A program made the position numbers and the translations under genes. The notes below the pieces were generated by a model. It saw only the letters and a list, made by a program, of their open reading frames with translations. It searched no databases and was not told the origin of the DNA. From NCBI GenBank assembly GCA_017654855.1, contig CM030334.1, forward strand, positions 2,418,001 through 2,482,000: 64,000 nucleotides of DNA. Direction: 5' to 3'. This document shows positions 34,876 to 50,720 of this stretch, piece after piece; positions within the stretch are counted from its first letter, which is position 1; each line of letters opens with the position of its first letter. The DNA is from Podospora anserina (Eukaryota).

Positions 34876-37184
34876 ATGTTCTCTGAATGTAAGTTTGCCT
34901 GGGGTCAGCCGCTGCTGCTCTCGTGTTTCACGGACACCCGCTTATGCCATTTCCAGATGCCTCTAAATTCCTTGCGCAGTCGCAGTCGAGGTTCTCCAAC
35001 TTTGCCGGCCAGCCAGATAACGCCGACAGGCCATCACAGCCGTCCGGATGGCAGAATAGAGGCGCGCGATTCGGGGGACGTTCCTATCTCGGTCGGGGCG
35101 GCGGTGGGAACCCGTATCAAACCAGCAACTCCCGGTTCGGTAGTATGGCAGCCTTCGGTTCGAGGTACAATCAGGATGCCCCGTTGTTCCAACCCCCACT
35201 AGATCACGATGAGGAAGACGAAGAAGAGAGAGATCGAGAGGCCGCAGACATTTATGCTTTGCAACAATCACGCCGTGTTCTCGCCGCCGGCCGACTCGAA
35301 GAAAGCACCGAAACAGATAACGATGGGAGCCGCGCTTCGATAGAACAAAGCCAGGAGTATGAAGGATCTGGGTCTCTTGGGGAACGTCTCCGAGGCATCC
35401 GGAGTAGCTGGAACGGCCCCAAGAAGTACAAGAGGGCGACCATGGAAGAGGAGCCACCAACAGAACGGCCGGAGCCGAGGAAGCACATACGCGAAATATC
35501 GAGGGATAGCACGGATACCAAAGGGATGGAAGATGTTGGTCTAGAATCAACCATCGCCTACAGCGAACCACCAGCGGACTTGATGATGGAGGACAGTACC
35601 CCTCCGGCCTTCCAAAAGTTCAGGTCGCCTGGCGGTCCGTCGCGCCCGCTGCTTAGGAGAGATTCTGGCGAGGATTCAGAGCTTGGACTGCGACCGCCCA
35701 GCTCAGTCGGGACAGAAGTTAATGCCACTGCGCTGCCGCCAGCATCGGATGGAGAAATGTTTCGACACGACGCCTTCTTTGCCTGGATCTACCTGATCGC
35801 CCAAGCATCCCTGTTTGCTACCTTTGTCCTAATCTTCATGCATACAAGTGGTAACAAGGCATCTGGAGACACTATCTACACCACGCTAAAGGCATCTTTC
35901 CATCTGCTGGCTGTCGACACTTTGGTGGCCATCATAGTCTCCATGGTATGGTTGGCGGCGCTGCGGTCGTTCGTCCGACCGCTTGTTATCCTGGTGTTGG
36001 TGGCGGTGCCAATAATCCTCTTATCGTTTTCGTTGTATCCGTTCATTTCGAGTTATCAGGAGACTGGTGGCAGTTCACGATTCCAGGATACAGCCATGAG
36101 ATCGGCAGCGACAATCCCTGGTATATGGGCACTGATATGGGTATACATGGTTTGGAAAGGCCGCGAGTCTATTCAGTCTGCTATGAGCATTCTCGATTTC
36201 TCGAGCCGCATCCTGACGGCGAATTCAGCTCTTATTTTAGTTGGCATGGGCTGCCTTGCTGCTGTGGTGCTCTGGACGTGGACTTGGCTTTTCATGTTCA
36301 CTAGAGTATTTCTCGGTGGAAGCTTCTCCAACAAGCTCGCCAGGTTCATCATCAGCGCTTCGACTTGGTGGCTGGGGGCGTACTTTATACTCATGTACCT
36401 CTGGACGCTGTCGATCATCTCCGCGGTTCAGCGGAGCACAACAGCGGCGACGGTGTCGCAGTGGTATTTCCATCGGAATGCGGTTCCAGCTCCATCTAGT
36501 AGGGACGTTGTTTCCGCTGCCCTGAGCCATGCCATGACCACCATCTTTGGAACCATCAGCTTGTCGACGTTGCTAGCTCTTGCGATCCGCCTACCCCTAC
36601 TGGTTTTACCGCGGAGACTGGCTCATATTCTGACCATGTTTGTCTACTCGTTCATTCCGACCCCGATCGCGGCGTTGACGAACCCGTTGACCTTGACATA
36701 TGCGGCCATCCACTCGCAACCGCTGTCGATTTCGGCCAGGGGTCTGTCATCGATGGAATTCCTGGCACCCCAACGGCCTACCACTACTCTCACACCTGCC
36801 GCGTTGCCCAAGCATAACAGGCATTCGCCTCTTCTTCCCTACCGGCTTGCGAAGCTGATCCTTCACGCCACGCGCTTCATGATGGCCATTGCGCTGGGAT
36901 TTGCGGGGTGGGTCATGACTGCGAAGCAACTCGAAATCGAAAGGCAGGGCAAGGTGGGCATCCGGGGAAGCGCCTATGCGTATGTGGTTGGGTTAATCGC
37001 CAGCTTCATAGGCTGGGGCATTTTGGGAGCCATGGAGGGCATTCTCAGCGGCATTGTTGATGGCGTAGTGGTCTGCTATGGCAGCGAGAAGAGAATGTTG
37101 ACCGGAGCGGGAGGATACTGCATGGAGGCGGCGAACCTGTTTGGGGATAGAAGGGGACAGGGTGACAGAGAGTCTATCTATTAG
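34876..37184 (+). CDS. Choline transporter-like (CTL/Pns1-related) multi-pass membrane protein; exons 34876-34888, 34957-37184
   Basis: A 13-nt first exon (GTAAGT..CAG intron) gives MFSEYASKFLAQSQSR. A disordered N-terminal half is followed by about 10 TM segments with TVSQWYF, FGTISLS and LTYAAIH motifs. Confidence 0.8.
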
Positions 37185-38082
37185 AGACTTTTTTTTGGGG
37201 GTAACTTTTTTGTTTTTTTTTATATGCTCAAGCGCGGCGTTGTTGTGGATTATCATTATTATGGAACACACATTAGGAATGGGATGAAAGAATGATTAGT
37301 TTAAGTATTCTTGTTTATTTTATAGTGGTTCTAGGGATTACCGGGAGTAAAGAGTATTGCATGGACTGGTGTCCGGTAGAACGAAGACGGGGTTGTATAA
37401 GGGTTGACTCTAACTTGAAGAGCAGCATCGTTATAGTGAACAGGATTACCTGTGTCGTTACAAACTAGAATTGAATCATGATATTCTATTTTGTTACTGC
37501 CGCACGCTGCGGGGCTGTGTAGGTCTGGGCAGGAGGGAGAATGCGACTCACTCTCTATGGAATCAGATGGACAGCCATCTCATGTCACACGTCCGGAGCA
37601 CGATGCCATGGCGCCTTCCCGTCCCGGATCGAACCAAGAAGGGGGCTGTGCAAATGGTCGGGTGAAGTCGAAAGTCCGCCGTTCGTCTTTTGCCCCTCAC
37701 TGAGCAGCTCTCCCTCCAACATCATCATACGCCACACTCGACTACGTATGCTTGTCGACCAGGTGTAAAAAAGGTGCCTCCTCTTATCAAGCATCTGTTA
37801 TAAAAGGGTATGTACATGAATTCTGTTTTTATTCTCGTGTTGTCTTGCTCAATTTTCGAAATATTTTTCCCTTACATTGACCAAACTTCCCTCTCTTATC
37901 GATTGCCCCTCTTTCGTCATCATAGCTCGCTCTTGATCACTGTGCCCCGCCATTTCCCCTGACAAGAGACAGATCTTGCCACTTACACCAAAGTAGTCAC
38001 GAAAAAGATATCCTAGAAATCGGCATTTTCAGCATTTCATTTTTGCCGTTCGACAATCAGCTTGCTATTATCCCACAAAAAC

Positions 38083-39113
38083 ATGGCCGACTTTGACGCT
38101 CCTACCGGCCCTCCCCCGCCCAAGGTGCCAGAAGGCTGGGTCGCGCGCTGGAACGACCAGTACAAGGAATGGTTAGTAGCTTCTTCCCCTTTCCCCCCTC
38201 TACCCAATCCCCATTACTAACATTTGTTAGGTTCTACGTAAACACCTACACCAAAAAGTCCCAATGGGAAAAACCCACCGAGCCGGCCATCCCGCCCCGC
38301 GATGACGCTCCTGCCGGTCCGCCCCCGAGTTACACCGCCGGGGATAATAAACCTGTTGTTGTTTCTGATGCAAAGGTCAATCCTTACGATAATACCAACC
38401 AGTCGACTACGGGCGGTGCGTCCGGATCTGGGACCCATCAAACCGAAAGCGAAGACGAACGCCTGGCTAGGCAGCTACAGGCGGAGGAGGACGCTAGGGC
38501 GCGGTCTCATGGGGGTACTACAACGCCGCAGCAGAGCTTTCCGGGACAGCTCCCACCTAGACCGGATAATCTTGAGAAGGGGAAGAGTTTCTTGGGGAAG
38601 TTGTTTGGGGGGAAGAAGGGGGGCGGTGGTAGTCATGGGTCGGGGGGGACATTGGGTGGGTTGGGGGGGTTGATGGCTAATCGCCCTGGGAGTCACAGTC
38701 AGTATCCGGGGGGTTATGGAGGGCCGGCGCCGCCTCCTCAGGGGGCTTATGGTGGTGGTGGTTATCCTCCTCAGGGAGGGTACGGCGGTTATCCTCCTCA
38801 GCAGGGGTATGGAGGTTACCCTCCTCAGCAGGGTTATCCGCAGCAGGGTTATGGGGGTTATCCTCCTCAGGGGGGGTATGGGGGTTATCCTCAGCAGGGC
38901 TATGGTGCTCACGGTAGGCCCGCGAAGAGCGGTCCTGGGATGGGGATGATGGCTGGTGGTGCGGCGTTGGGTGTGGGTGCTGGATTGCTTGGTGGTGCGT
39001 TGGTTGCGGATGCGATACATGACAATCAGCAGGAGGCTTATCAGGAGGGGTATCAGGATGGGGCGGAGGGGGATTTTGGTGGGGGGGATGATTTTGGGGG
39101 TGGTGATTTCTAG
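38083..39113 (+). CDS. WW-domain protein with GYPPQ(Q/G)GY repeats (Wwm1-like); exons 38083-38171, 38231-39113
   Basis: VPEGWVARWNDQYKEW|FYVNTYTKKSQWEKP forms a WW domain across a GTTAGT..TAG intron. Gly/Tyr/Pro/Gln repeats, GLLGGALVADAI, and a GGDF-repeat end. Confidence 0.88.
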
Positions 39114-39976
39114 ATTGGCTTCTAGAGTTGTGGTGGTGTGAAGAGGAAGAGTTGGGCGGTTGGTTGTTTTCTTGTTGTCTCTATTACCCCTCTGTGTTTT
39201 TCTTTGCTGTGTCTGGTGTTTTCTGTGAACCTATGATTGGGATGGCTTAGCATGGTGTCTACGAAGAGTTGCAGATGGTGTATGTTTGTATATACATGTT
39301 ATGAATAAATGAGACCAGACTGTTATGCTCTCGGGTCAACGTATGTCTGCTATTGTGTTGCGCAACTCTGGCTGCTATAAAAAGTAGTGTGAGTAATGGA
39401 ACGCCATTATGAGCTGAGACTACAGAATGTGTATAGTCAGTTACACGTGGTTGACTAGCAGAACCGTGATGTTTGGTTTTGGTTGTGATGACTTCATATT
39501 CCAAATACGTATCATCCTGAGTCCGAAGAGAAGGGGACCGAGGGCTGGGAGACGTCCGAGATCAGCAGAGGATATGAGGCTTGGGTTGTTGCCTTTGCTA
39601 TTATTACCGCCAACAATAACAAGAAGGGGCGGTGGTGGTAGTGTAGCTACTAGTTCCGAGGTAGTAGATGAATGTGTGGTAAAACTGTCACCGGCTTCAC
39701 CTTCTTCGTCTTTACCTTAGAAGTCAGGTAAAGGTTGCTGGCGCGTTTCGGGAAGATCTTATTCTCCAGTGTTTGCTACTGTGGCCCTGACAATGAACAG
39801 CAAGATACCACAAGTGTCTCTCATCGTATATGTTGACCATTCTAACCAAAAAACACCCAACCCATGCAAATACATTTGCCCCCTCTTCTTCCCTTTTGCT
39901 TCCCACGCTTTATACAACTTTCTATACATATACCATATCCACAACCCATCCCTTCCCTTCCCAACCCCCCCCCCAT

Positions 39977-40817
39977 TCACCTGTTCTTCTTCTTCCCCCC
40001 ACCATTATTCCCCCCCTTATTATCCTCCTTACCCCCACCGCTCCCAGCCAAGAAAGCAGCCATATCAAAATTCCCCATCCCCCCTCCCCCCTGCTGCCCG
40101 CTTGCCGCCCCCATCAGCGCATTCATCGGGTTGCTCTTTTGCTGCTCCTCCCACTCGGCGCGCATTTCCGGGTCCACTATCATTCATCACATTAGCAATC
40201 TATCCCACCCCTGTTTTTTCCTCATCAAGAAACCTACTATTCTCAATCAACTTTGGCATCCCAAAAAACAACCCCATCGAAACCAAACTCAGCAGGATAA
40301 TCGGGTTCTTGAAGATGCTCAGCACCGAAAACGAACTCCTCTCCATGAAATAGCTCTTTTGGCCGGCCATCCTCGCCACAACCACCATCATCCCCGATTT
40401 CCCGTCCGACACCTCAGTAGAGACCTTCTCCCCTTTGTTTCCCCAGTCGTTGCCCCTGAACGTCTCCCATGCTTCAATCTTGATGGGTGATTGTTCTGAC
40501 GGGTCCGAGGAGGAGGAGGAGGAGGGGGAAATGTCCACTCTGAGGGGAAGAAACGCGTGGGTGAGGCAGTGGATGTCTAGCAGATAAGAGCCGGGGGTGA
40601 CGTTGTGGAAGTGGAAGTTGGATTTGTCCGACAATGGGGCGGAGTGGTGTTTGGTTAGGGAGTTGAGGGTCGCGTGTGTTTGGGGAAGGAGAGCGGCCGG
40701 GTTGGGGAGGGGGGCCGAGGGGGGGATGTGGACTGTTAGGGAGGTTTGAAGAGGGGGGTTGTTGTGGGTGAGGGCGGTGGCTGCTCCCAGGAGGGAGAGG
40801 AGGGTTGGTATTCTCAT
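39977..40817 (-). CDS. ER membrane protein complex subunit 7-like (DUF2012); exons 40817-40238, 40176-39977
   Basis: Signal peptide, FHFHNVTPGSYLLDI, WETFRGNDW, ERSSFSVLSIFKNP-TM-MPKLIEN|MDPEMRAE, FDMAAFLAG. Confidence 0.82.
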
Positions 40818-41247
40818 CGTTGGGGGTCGTGGCAAAATGTCGTTTGGATGGCTCGAAAGTTTGTGTATTCGGTAGGGAACTCGACACTGGTTAAACGGGC
40901 GCGCGCGTGTTGGGGTGGTGGTTGACCGTTGATGCTCTTTGGGTGGAGGTTGGACAAGATTCTGTTGTCAAGTTCCCTTGCGGAGCGGCAGCTACCCAGG
41001 TCCAAGTGACGAAACGCGGCTTACAGGGGGGCAGTGTGGGGTCTGATTGGCTGTTTCAGGGCTGGGGGCCCCTGCTGTAAACGACATCTTTCAGCCTTGG
41101 GCTGCTTGCTCTTTACATGGGTTGGATCACAGAGCTCGCAACATTCAAGATGGTATAATGGGTTGAAAGTTGAATTCTTTCTTTTATTTATCATCCAAAA
41201 AAAAAAAAAAAAACCCGCTCGCTTAGGTATTACATCTCATAAATCAT

Positions 41248-42732
<1,485 letters not shown>

Positions 42733-44662
42733 GATGACTGTGGTGTTGGTTGAAGTAGGAAACGGGGTATCAACGGGGTATCAGAAAAGACACAAGTAAA
42801 AGAAAAGCACCCTTCAAACACGAGGCTGAGGCTCGAGACAGGGACGGAGGTCGAAGTATGGAGGGGACAGGAACAAGGAGTTCAAGGGGCGGCGAGGACG
42901 GGAACAGGAGGCCTTTTTACATTTTTCACTTCTGGGGGTCCCCGCCTGTGACAACCCACCCACGTTCTCGGAATGATCGTCACACGTCCCAACACACAGC
43001 AACAGGCCAGGGCCCCGTTTACCTCACACCACAGCAAGGCTGGCCCAGGATGCATTTCCATTACCTGGGGCTACGAATTGGCATGTTTTTCCCGCGTGGT
43101 GACGGGCTTGTAGTTTACAGGAGTGGGTGTACTTTGCATGCCACTTTGGGAAAGGGAGGGGGTGAATGTCCAAAGCACGCAATCGCGCCATCGACTCATG
43201 GCGTGGGGCAGCAAGTCACTTTTTGGGAGCTGCGATGCGCTGTGTACGAGCCTGATCACCCAACAATGAAGACTGCTTCTTCGGTTGTCAGTCGAGGATG
43301 AGAAGGGCATCCATTCTTATTAGCATCAAGGCCCGTCATTGTATTGCTTCAAGACGTGTTTCGTTACTTGAGCTTCTACTCTCTTGCCCATCAAGGTTGT
43401 CGACGATAAGGCCGATAGTCGGAGGTTGCCCCACCATCAACCTTTTGTAAGTCGCCAAGTGTAGGTACATGCTGCAGGAGTAGGAGATTGTGACAGATGC
43501 TAGCCGAATCTCATAGACCACCGGATTGGGTTTGGAGATGGGATGAGGTGATATTCAAGTGGACTTACACGAGAGGATCAAGGCGGGGTAGCTTTCTCCA
43601 ACGAGGGGTTCAGAGTTAAGCTGGCCGATCACTTGCTGCATTTCGACTGGCTGTATTTCGATTTCGAGGTACATGGCGAACAATGAATGGTGAATGTGAG
43701 ACAGAACAATGCAGTGAGGCAAGCTCGCAATGGGGACCCCAAGTGACACCAGGCGCCTGCTGCTGTGGTGGCTCTGTTTCTCGATAGTAAGTCAAATGGA
43801 ATCCAGACGGGATCAAAGATGGGACGGTCAAGAAGAGAATAAATAGAGGTCCGAAGTGAGGCATAACATGGCGGCTGAGAGAACCACCCAGATCTGGTAA
43901 CCATGAGACTGGCACGATGTTGTAAGACGGGAAGATGGGTTCAGAAGAGCGACCCCCACATGAGTGATCCATGTCTCATCCCATCCCATCCCATCCACAT
44001 GCGACGACCTCAGGTAAGAAATTAGGTAATGTATGGGGACTTTCATATATCGGAGCTAGACTTTTCCTGTCATGTGCCAACGAAGGAGCGTTTACCCATG
44101 AAGAGCATTCGAAGGCAAAGTTCATACATAACATCTTTTGTTGGTATTTTCATCAACAGCTCCCAGGATTGTCATCTTTCCCAAAAACCAGCCACCCAGA
44201 AACACTGCCCTCATAAAGCGCCAGCTCAAAAAAGAAACGTTATAAGATAAAAATGTGACCGACTCTAGCCAGCCGTCAAGGCTGGAGCAGCCAACATCGA
44301 CAAGAACAGAATCTAAGCAAAAGGAAACCATCAAATCATACCTATCCAAAACCATCGCCCGCCCGAGCCATGTCCTGTTGTCCGTAATAAACCTTCCCCG
44401 CCAGGGCCGAATCCTTCTCGCATTCCAGATCCGAGCACCGAACCTCTGGTAATTCCGAGCAGCCACCACTCCCACCACCACGGAGCGCATAGAACTGTGC
44501 CGCATTCCCGCCAGCCCCTGAGAAGCCACCATCGCGAAGGAGCCACGAAAATCAACGGCCCGGTCGATCCCCTAGGAATCCTCCCGCATCCCCAGAAAAC
44601 TGGCTGGTCTTTGATCAACCTGCACCGGCACGACAGCTTTTAACCTCAGTCTTTCCAACATC

Positions 44663-45248
44663 TTAAGCCTCCTCCTTGTTGGTAACAGGAACCTCCACCG
44701 CCGCCGGCTCCTTCCTCTTCCAACTCATCAACCCCCCCTTCTTCACCACCTCCCTCACCATAATCACCCCCGACCCAGTCCACACCAGCCACGCCGCCGC
44801 AGCAAACGCAACGTCAGCCTGCGCACTTTGGCAGACGCTCCCCCGACAAAACAGCAGTTTGCTCAGGAAAACCGCCAGCCCGACAAACCCCGCGAACCAA
44901 AAGAGCACGTTTGACAGTTCCACCCCCAAAGCGATGTAGTTACTGGCGGCCGTCTTGGGGGCGACGAAGCGAGGGATGAGAAACTCGAGAGCGAGGATGG
45001 AGAGGAGGGAGTAGAGGGAGGCGAAGAAGAGGAAGTTGATAGAGGAGGGGGAGGAGATTACTGTTGTTGTGTTGTACCAGTGGGCGACTGTGGAAAAAGG
45101 TTAGTTTCAGGGTGATAGATATAGGAGAGAGAGTTGATTTGGGAGGTAAGGAGGGGCGAGTACCGTATGATGAGAGAGCAAGGACTAGGAGAGCAAAGAC
45201 GCCTTGGATGGCCCGGAGGGGGAGGATGACTGTCTTAAAGAGGGACAT
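44663..45248 (-). CDS. MARVEL-domain 4-TM membrane protein; exons 45248-45164, 45087-44663
   Basis: LRAIQGVFALLVLALSSY|VAHWY..PSSINFL..LFWFAGFVGLAVFL..CRGSVC; a GTACTC..CAG intron with an ACTAAC branch site. Confidence 0.82.
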
Positions 45249-47572
45249 GGTTGTGAGTTTTGACGTTTTGATCTCGTATTCGTGATAGCTTGATTTTTAT
45301 AAGATGTGAATATTTCGATTTCGGAGAATTCAAAAACAAAAAAAAAAAAAAAAAAAAAAAAAAGCAGTTGCTGGCCTGCTTGCGTATCGAAGAGAAGGAT
45401 GAATGTATCAAAGGAGTGACGAAATGAAGAGAAAGAAAATGTCTAGGATAGACTGGACAACAACACCGCAGATGTCTGATGGAAGGAAAAATGAAAAAGA
45501 ATAGCAAGAGGAACCATAAGAATCAAGCAGTCTTGACTTTTGTCCAAGTCAATGAGTGAAGTGACATTATCCAAGCCGTCAACGACCCCCCTGAAACGCA
45601 AATCATCAGACATTTTCATTCATGCTAGATGGGGGGGGGGTCGTAGCTACTGGGCGCGCGAGGCCACCCAATGGTAGATGGTACCATTGTTTAAAACAAG
45701 GCTGTGAAGTAGTGTTGAAGTTGCCCTTCAAGACCGGCTAGGGGTGACTCCGTGACGGGAATATCCACCCTGATCGCTGCGTTGGTGGTGACGAAGTGGG
45801 CATGGGGGTTTTATCTGGAACATGAAACGGGATGACAGGAGACGGGCTATAAGAAGGGATGGGTCCCGCCTCTTGTTGTCTGAATTTGAGGTGTCGGTTT
45901 TTCTTGCCTTTTTTCAAGATCTGTCTTTCGAGTTTTCTCGCTCAGGTCCCCAAGAAAAATGCAATTGGATATCTCGAAAATCGCTGGACAAGCAGAGTAA
46001 GATGGCAGGTGTCTGTCGACAGTTGTTTGGCTTGCTTGAGCTTGAGATGAGAGGTGGAACTTTACACAAAAGCGACTCACACAAGCTGCTGGGTTGGTTT
46101 CCATCTCAGAAGGTCCGTCATATAGAATCTTCGGGTCATCTCCAACTGCGATGTTGAGCCCCATTATCAAGAATCAAGGAGGATGTTTCATCTGATGGCT
46201 CGATGCTCTTGGATGTCTTGGCGGTTTCGAGTTGTTCAGTTTGAACTTGATGGCTCGTGCGCGATGCCAAGACCAAAACATCAATGTGGGGCATCTGAAT
46301 CGCGGGGTGAGGCTGGGCGTTTTCATGGCTCCCAAAGGCGACTAGGTTGTCCCAGCTCGCCCGAGTTCCATCCCAGCCGAGGTCGATGGCTGTCCGAGGC
46401 TTTTTGAACGTCTGCCATCCTGACGTCGACAACCGCCAGTCCCAACCGTCGGTAACTGTTCGATTTAGTTTGTTTCCGAAGGCCTGTTTCTGGATAGCAG
46501 TAACCGTCCTCCCGGCGCAACGTCCCAACGTCGTGAGCCTCTCCAAACGCTCACACGCTGTTCCTGACCCCCACCCCCGCAGTTACAAAGTCTGGAGTGG
46601 ATATCGACATTGCCAGCCACGGGTGCTTTCTTTGTTGACTTCACTTGCTGGTGGGCTTTTTCAGTAAAACGAAATGTTTGCTTCTCCGCACCCCGCATTC
46701 TCAAAAGATGGGATCCCCCGCGTGTCATCTGTCTTGTCTGGGGAAATCTCCCTCTGCGCATGTGATGGCCGTACCGGGAAAGGGCCTCCGCGCATCTTCG
46801 TGGGAGGTCGTGGAATTTGTCGCTTGGCGAAGCCTTGGATGTCGGCCCCATGTTCCAATCCGGTGTCCCGTTGCCAGTTGCGGATTCCAACACCGGCCAT
46901 TGCCTCCACGCCCAAAAGCATTGGGGAACAACCGCCATTCGGCGCCACAGGTCCACTGTTGTCGCTGGACCAGCCGAGGCTGACCTCTGCGACGAGGTAC
47001 CCAGCCCCTAACAGAGTCGTCAACGGCCATGCTGATATTGGGCCTCCGACATAGAGTTGAAGCGTGCAGAGTTGACAGTAATGTTTAAAAGACATAGAGA
47101 AACAAGCTCAACTTTGAGGGACAGCTTTTAGCCCACGGTTTCACATCAAGGCGCATCTGCAAACCAAGACTCATGATGGCGTAGCAGGTCTCTCATATCC
47201 AGTCGCAACGCGCTGATTTGGCAGCCCGGACAACCCGGTTAGCTCCCACACCCCTGTCGCACTCGGCTCAAGACCAACTTGGACGAGACACATGCTGCCG
47301 AGCGCCGACCCTGTTGACGAAAAGGAGACCATCTCCCCGTCAGCTTGTGGCTTTTTTGGGCCGCTTCTACTCAAAACCATTCCTCCATCCTCCAAACGAC
47401 CGGTGACGCCAACCTCCCCCTTAGCTGCCACTTGTGTGTTTTGACGAATTGCTGTTTCTTGTCTTTGTTCGTGCGGGTCACATCTACTAGACGCCGTTCG
47501 ACCTTCCCCTCCTTCAACCACCGGTACGAATAACGACGCTCGTTTTGAGTTTCGCCGAAACACCTCGCGGCC

Positions 47573-49750
47573 ATGGCTCCCAGCAAGCAGGACACGACGG
47601 CTTACATCAACGCCATCGCCCAACCACCCCCTCCGGGCACTCCCTACGCCCTCCCCATCCCCGGCACCGAGCGCCCCAACCGGACTCCCATCTACCGCCA
47701 TTGGCGCTTCCAGAACGGCCCTCTTCTCGAGACCTTCGACCCCGCCATTCGCACCGTCCACGATCTCTTCGAAGCTTCCGTCGCGCGGGTCCCCAGAAAC
47801 AGATGCTTGGGCCACAGACCCTGGAACCCTGTCTCCAAGACATGGGAGAACAAGTTTGTCTGGACGACATATACCGAGGTTGCTGAGCGCAGGAAGAACT
47901 TTGGTGCTGGCATCGTTGAGCTGCACCAGCGGGTTGGCGTCACGGCTGACAAGAAGTATGCTGTCGGTCTCTGGGCCCAGAACCGCCCCGAGTGGCAGAT
48001 CACCGAGTTGGCTCTGCTCTCGCAGTCCTTGTGGCCCGTTTCGCTCTACGAGACTCTCGGACCCGAGGCGACCGAGTACATCATCAACCACAGCGAGCTG
48101 ACTGCCGTCGTCTGCTCGCTCCCTCACATCCCCACTCTCCTGAAGCTTGCGCCCCGCGTGCCCAGCCTCAAGTTCATCATCTCCCTGGACCCCCTCGATG
48201 CCGGTGAGATGACCGGCCACTCCAAGCTGTCGCTCTTGAACGCTGCGGCCGCCCAGGTTGGCCTTGAGATCTTCTCCATGGAGGGCGTGGAGGCGCTGGG
48301 TGCCCGCTCCGGCCGCCCAATGCGCCCTCCCCAGCCCGAGGATGTTTTGACCATCAACTACACCTCTGGTACCACTGGTGACCCCAAGGGAGTCCTTATC
48401 ACCCACGCCAACGGTGTTGCCGGTATCTCGGCTGCTCGCTCCAACCAGAGCATCACGGCTGGCGACGTCCACCTGTCTTATCTTCCTCTTGCGCATATCT
48501 ATGGTCGCATGGCTGACCAGACTGCTCTCGCTGAAGGCGCCAGCATCGGTTACTTCCACGGTGACATCACCCAGCTTGTGGAGGATATCAAGCTCCTGCG
48601 CCCAACTGGTCTCATGTCGGTGCCCCGTCTCTTCAACCGCATCAACTCTGCCATCCAGGCCGCCACGGTTGAGCAGGAGGGCTTCAAGGGTGCCCTCTCG
48701 CGCCGTGTCATTGAGGCCAAGAAGGCCAGCATGAAGCTTCCTCCTGGCAAGGCCACCAACAAGCACTTCCTCTACGACAAGATCTGGACCCCCAAGGTCC
48801 TCAAGGGTGTTGGTCTCTCTCGCGCTCGCACCATGGTCAGCGGTTCCGCCCAGCTCGACCCCGACGTCCACGAGTTCCTCCGCGCCGCCTTTGGCAACAA
48901 CTTCGTCCAGGGTTTCGGCATGACCGAGACCTACGCCGTCGGTACCGTCCAGATGCCCGGCGATTTCACCACCGGCAACATCGGCCCCCCGTGCCCCTCG
49001 GTCGAGCTCTGCATCGAGTCCGTCCCCGACTACGAGTACACCGTCGAGGACAAGCCCAACCCCCGCGGCGAGCTGCTCATGCGCGGTCCCATCATCTTCA
49101 AGGAGTACTACCGCAACCCCGAGGAGACGGCCAAGACGATCGAGGCCGACGGGTGGTTCCACACCGGCGACATCGTCGAGGTGGACAGCATGGGCCGCTT
49201 CAAGATCATCGACCGCAAGAAGAACGTGCTCAAGCTCGCGCAGGGCGAGTACATTTCCCCCGAGCGCATCGAGAACGTCTACCTCGGCAGCTGCAACCTC
49301 CTCGCCATGGCCTTTGTGCACGGCGAGCCCAAGGAGTCGAGCTTGGTGGCTGTGTTCGGTATCGACCCTGTGCACTTTGCTCCTTATGCCAGCAAGATCC
49401 TCAAGCAGAACATTTCTGCCGAGGACAAGGCTGCGCTCAAGGTGGCGGCGAACGACCCGAGGGTCAAGGGGGCGCTGTTGAAGCTGTTGGATAACATTGG
49501 AAAGAGCCACAAGTTCAACAGCTACGAGAAGGTGAAGAATATCTATTTGGATATTGAGCCTTTTTCGATCGAGAATGAGCTTTTGACTCCCACGTAAGTT
49601 TTTCCGAGTCACTGTATTGGATACAGTATAACTAACGAGATGAACAGCCTCAAGCTCAAGCGCCCGCAGACGGCGAGGGCTTTCCGCGCCGAGATTGACC
49701 GCATGTATGAGGAGATTGCGGCCAATGCTGGTTCCAAGCCCAAGTTGTAA
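47573..49750 (+). CDS. Long-chain fatty acyl-CoA ligase (Faa2-like); exons 47573-49593, 49648-49750
   Basis: YTSGTTGDPKG, SYLPLAHI, GFGMTE, GWFHTGDI, IIDRKKNVLKLAQGEYISPE and LLTPT|LKLKR. The protein ends SKPKL*. Confidence 0.94.
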
Positions 49751-50720
49751 GCTGTTAGGGGGGGTGGGTTGATCTAGGGGGGATGATTTACTCTGCCATA
49801 TTGTGTAATACCCAGCTGTTTTTGGATATGTCGGGGAGGATGGGGGCGGGGGCGGTTGTTTATTTGAAGCGGGTTTCATATAGTGTTATTGTATACACAC
49901 TTGTACTTACAGAGTAGGAGTAGGGAGGAAAAACAGGACGAAATATCTTTTATTATAGTGTATATGTGTAAAGTATGAATCGAGAGAATGCCATGAGATG
50001 AGGTACCGTCCATCGTGTGCCTGTACATCTGTTCTTGCACTTGTTCCTTTCCTAACTATCTTGGTGTAATATCTTGGTGTAGGCAAAGCGCTTTCAATCC
50101 CATGATCTACACCATGTTGGAGGCTAGGCTATGAAGACTGTCGAGCCGAGGATGGTTTTCTTCTGCAGTCAATGTGTGTGGGTTTGGACAGTTGTCTGTC
50201 GCATTTTCGTAGAGGAGCTGCAACCGAATATGGTACCAGTATTCAGATCGAAGCTCTTCGAAAAGATCACCAAACATCACCACACATCAAAACCCCATTG
50301 CTTTTTGAACAGCTTTTTATTTTGAAATCTGAAATATGTACACAACCTTACAACAAAAATGCCACAGCGACAAAAAAGAAAAAAAGAAAATAAAACTACC
50401 AGAAAATGCTCCCAAATGCCAACCCCCCCGCCCGAACCAGCAGAAGAAACATAGCAAAGAGAAAAAGAAATACCACAAATTTCACCTCTCATCCATCATC
50501 CCCCACCAGCCAGATAACATTTTTGCAATGAACAACGAAAAAATGGTATCGCATCAAAGAAAAAAAATCATGATTCCCTTTCGCTGGAGAGAAAAAACTC
50601 TGATGTCGTGTGATCGCGCTTCCCCCCCTTCTGACCCATGTGAGAGAGAGAAACCCATGCTTTCATTCCTCGTCATCATTATCGTTCCTTTCAACCGCCC
50701 CCGATTGTGTTCACTGTTGC

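Noticed and set aside
47171-49879. 902-aa minus-strand ORF
   Set aside because: It is the antisense shadow of the codon-biased acyl-CoA ligase and has no recognisable domain.
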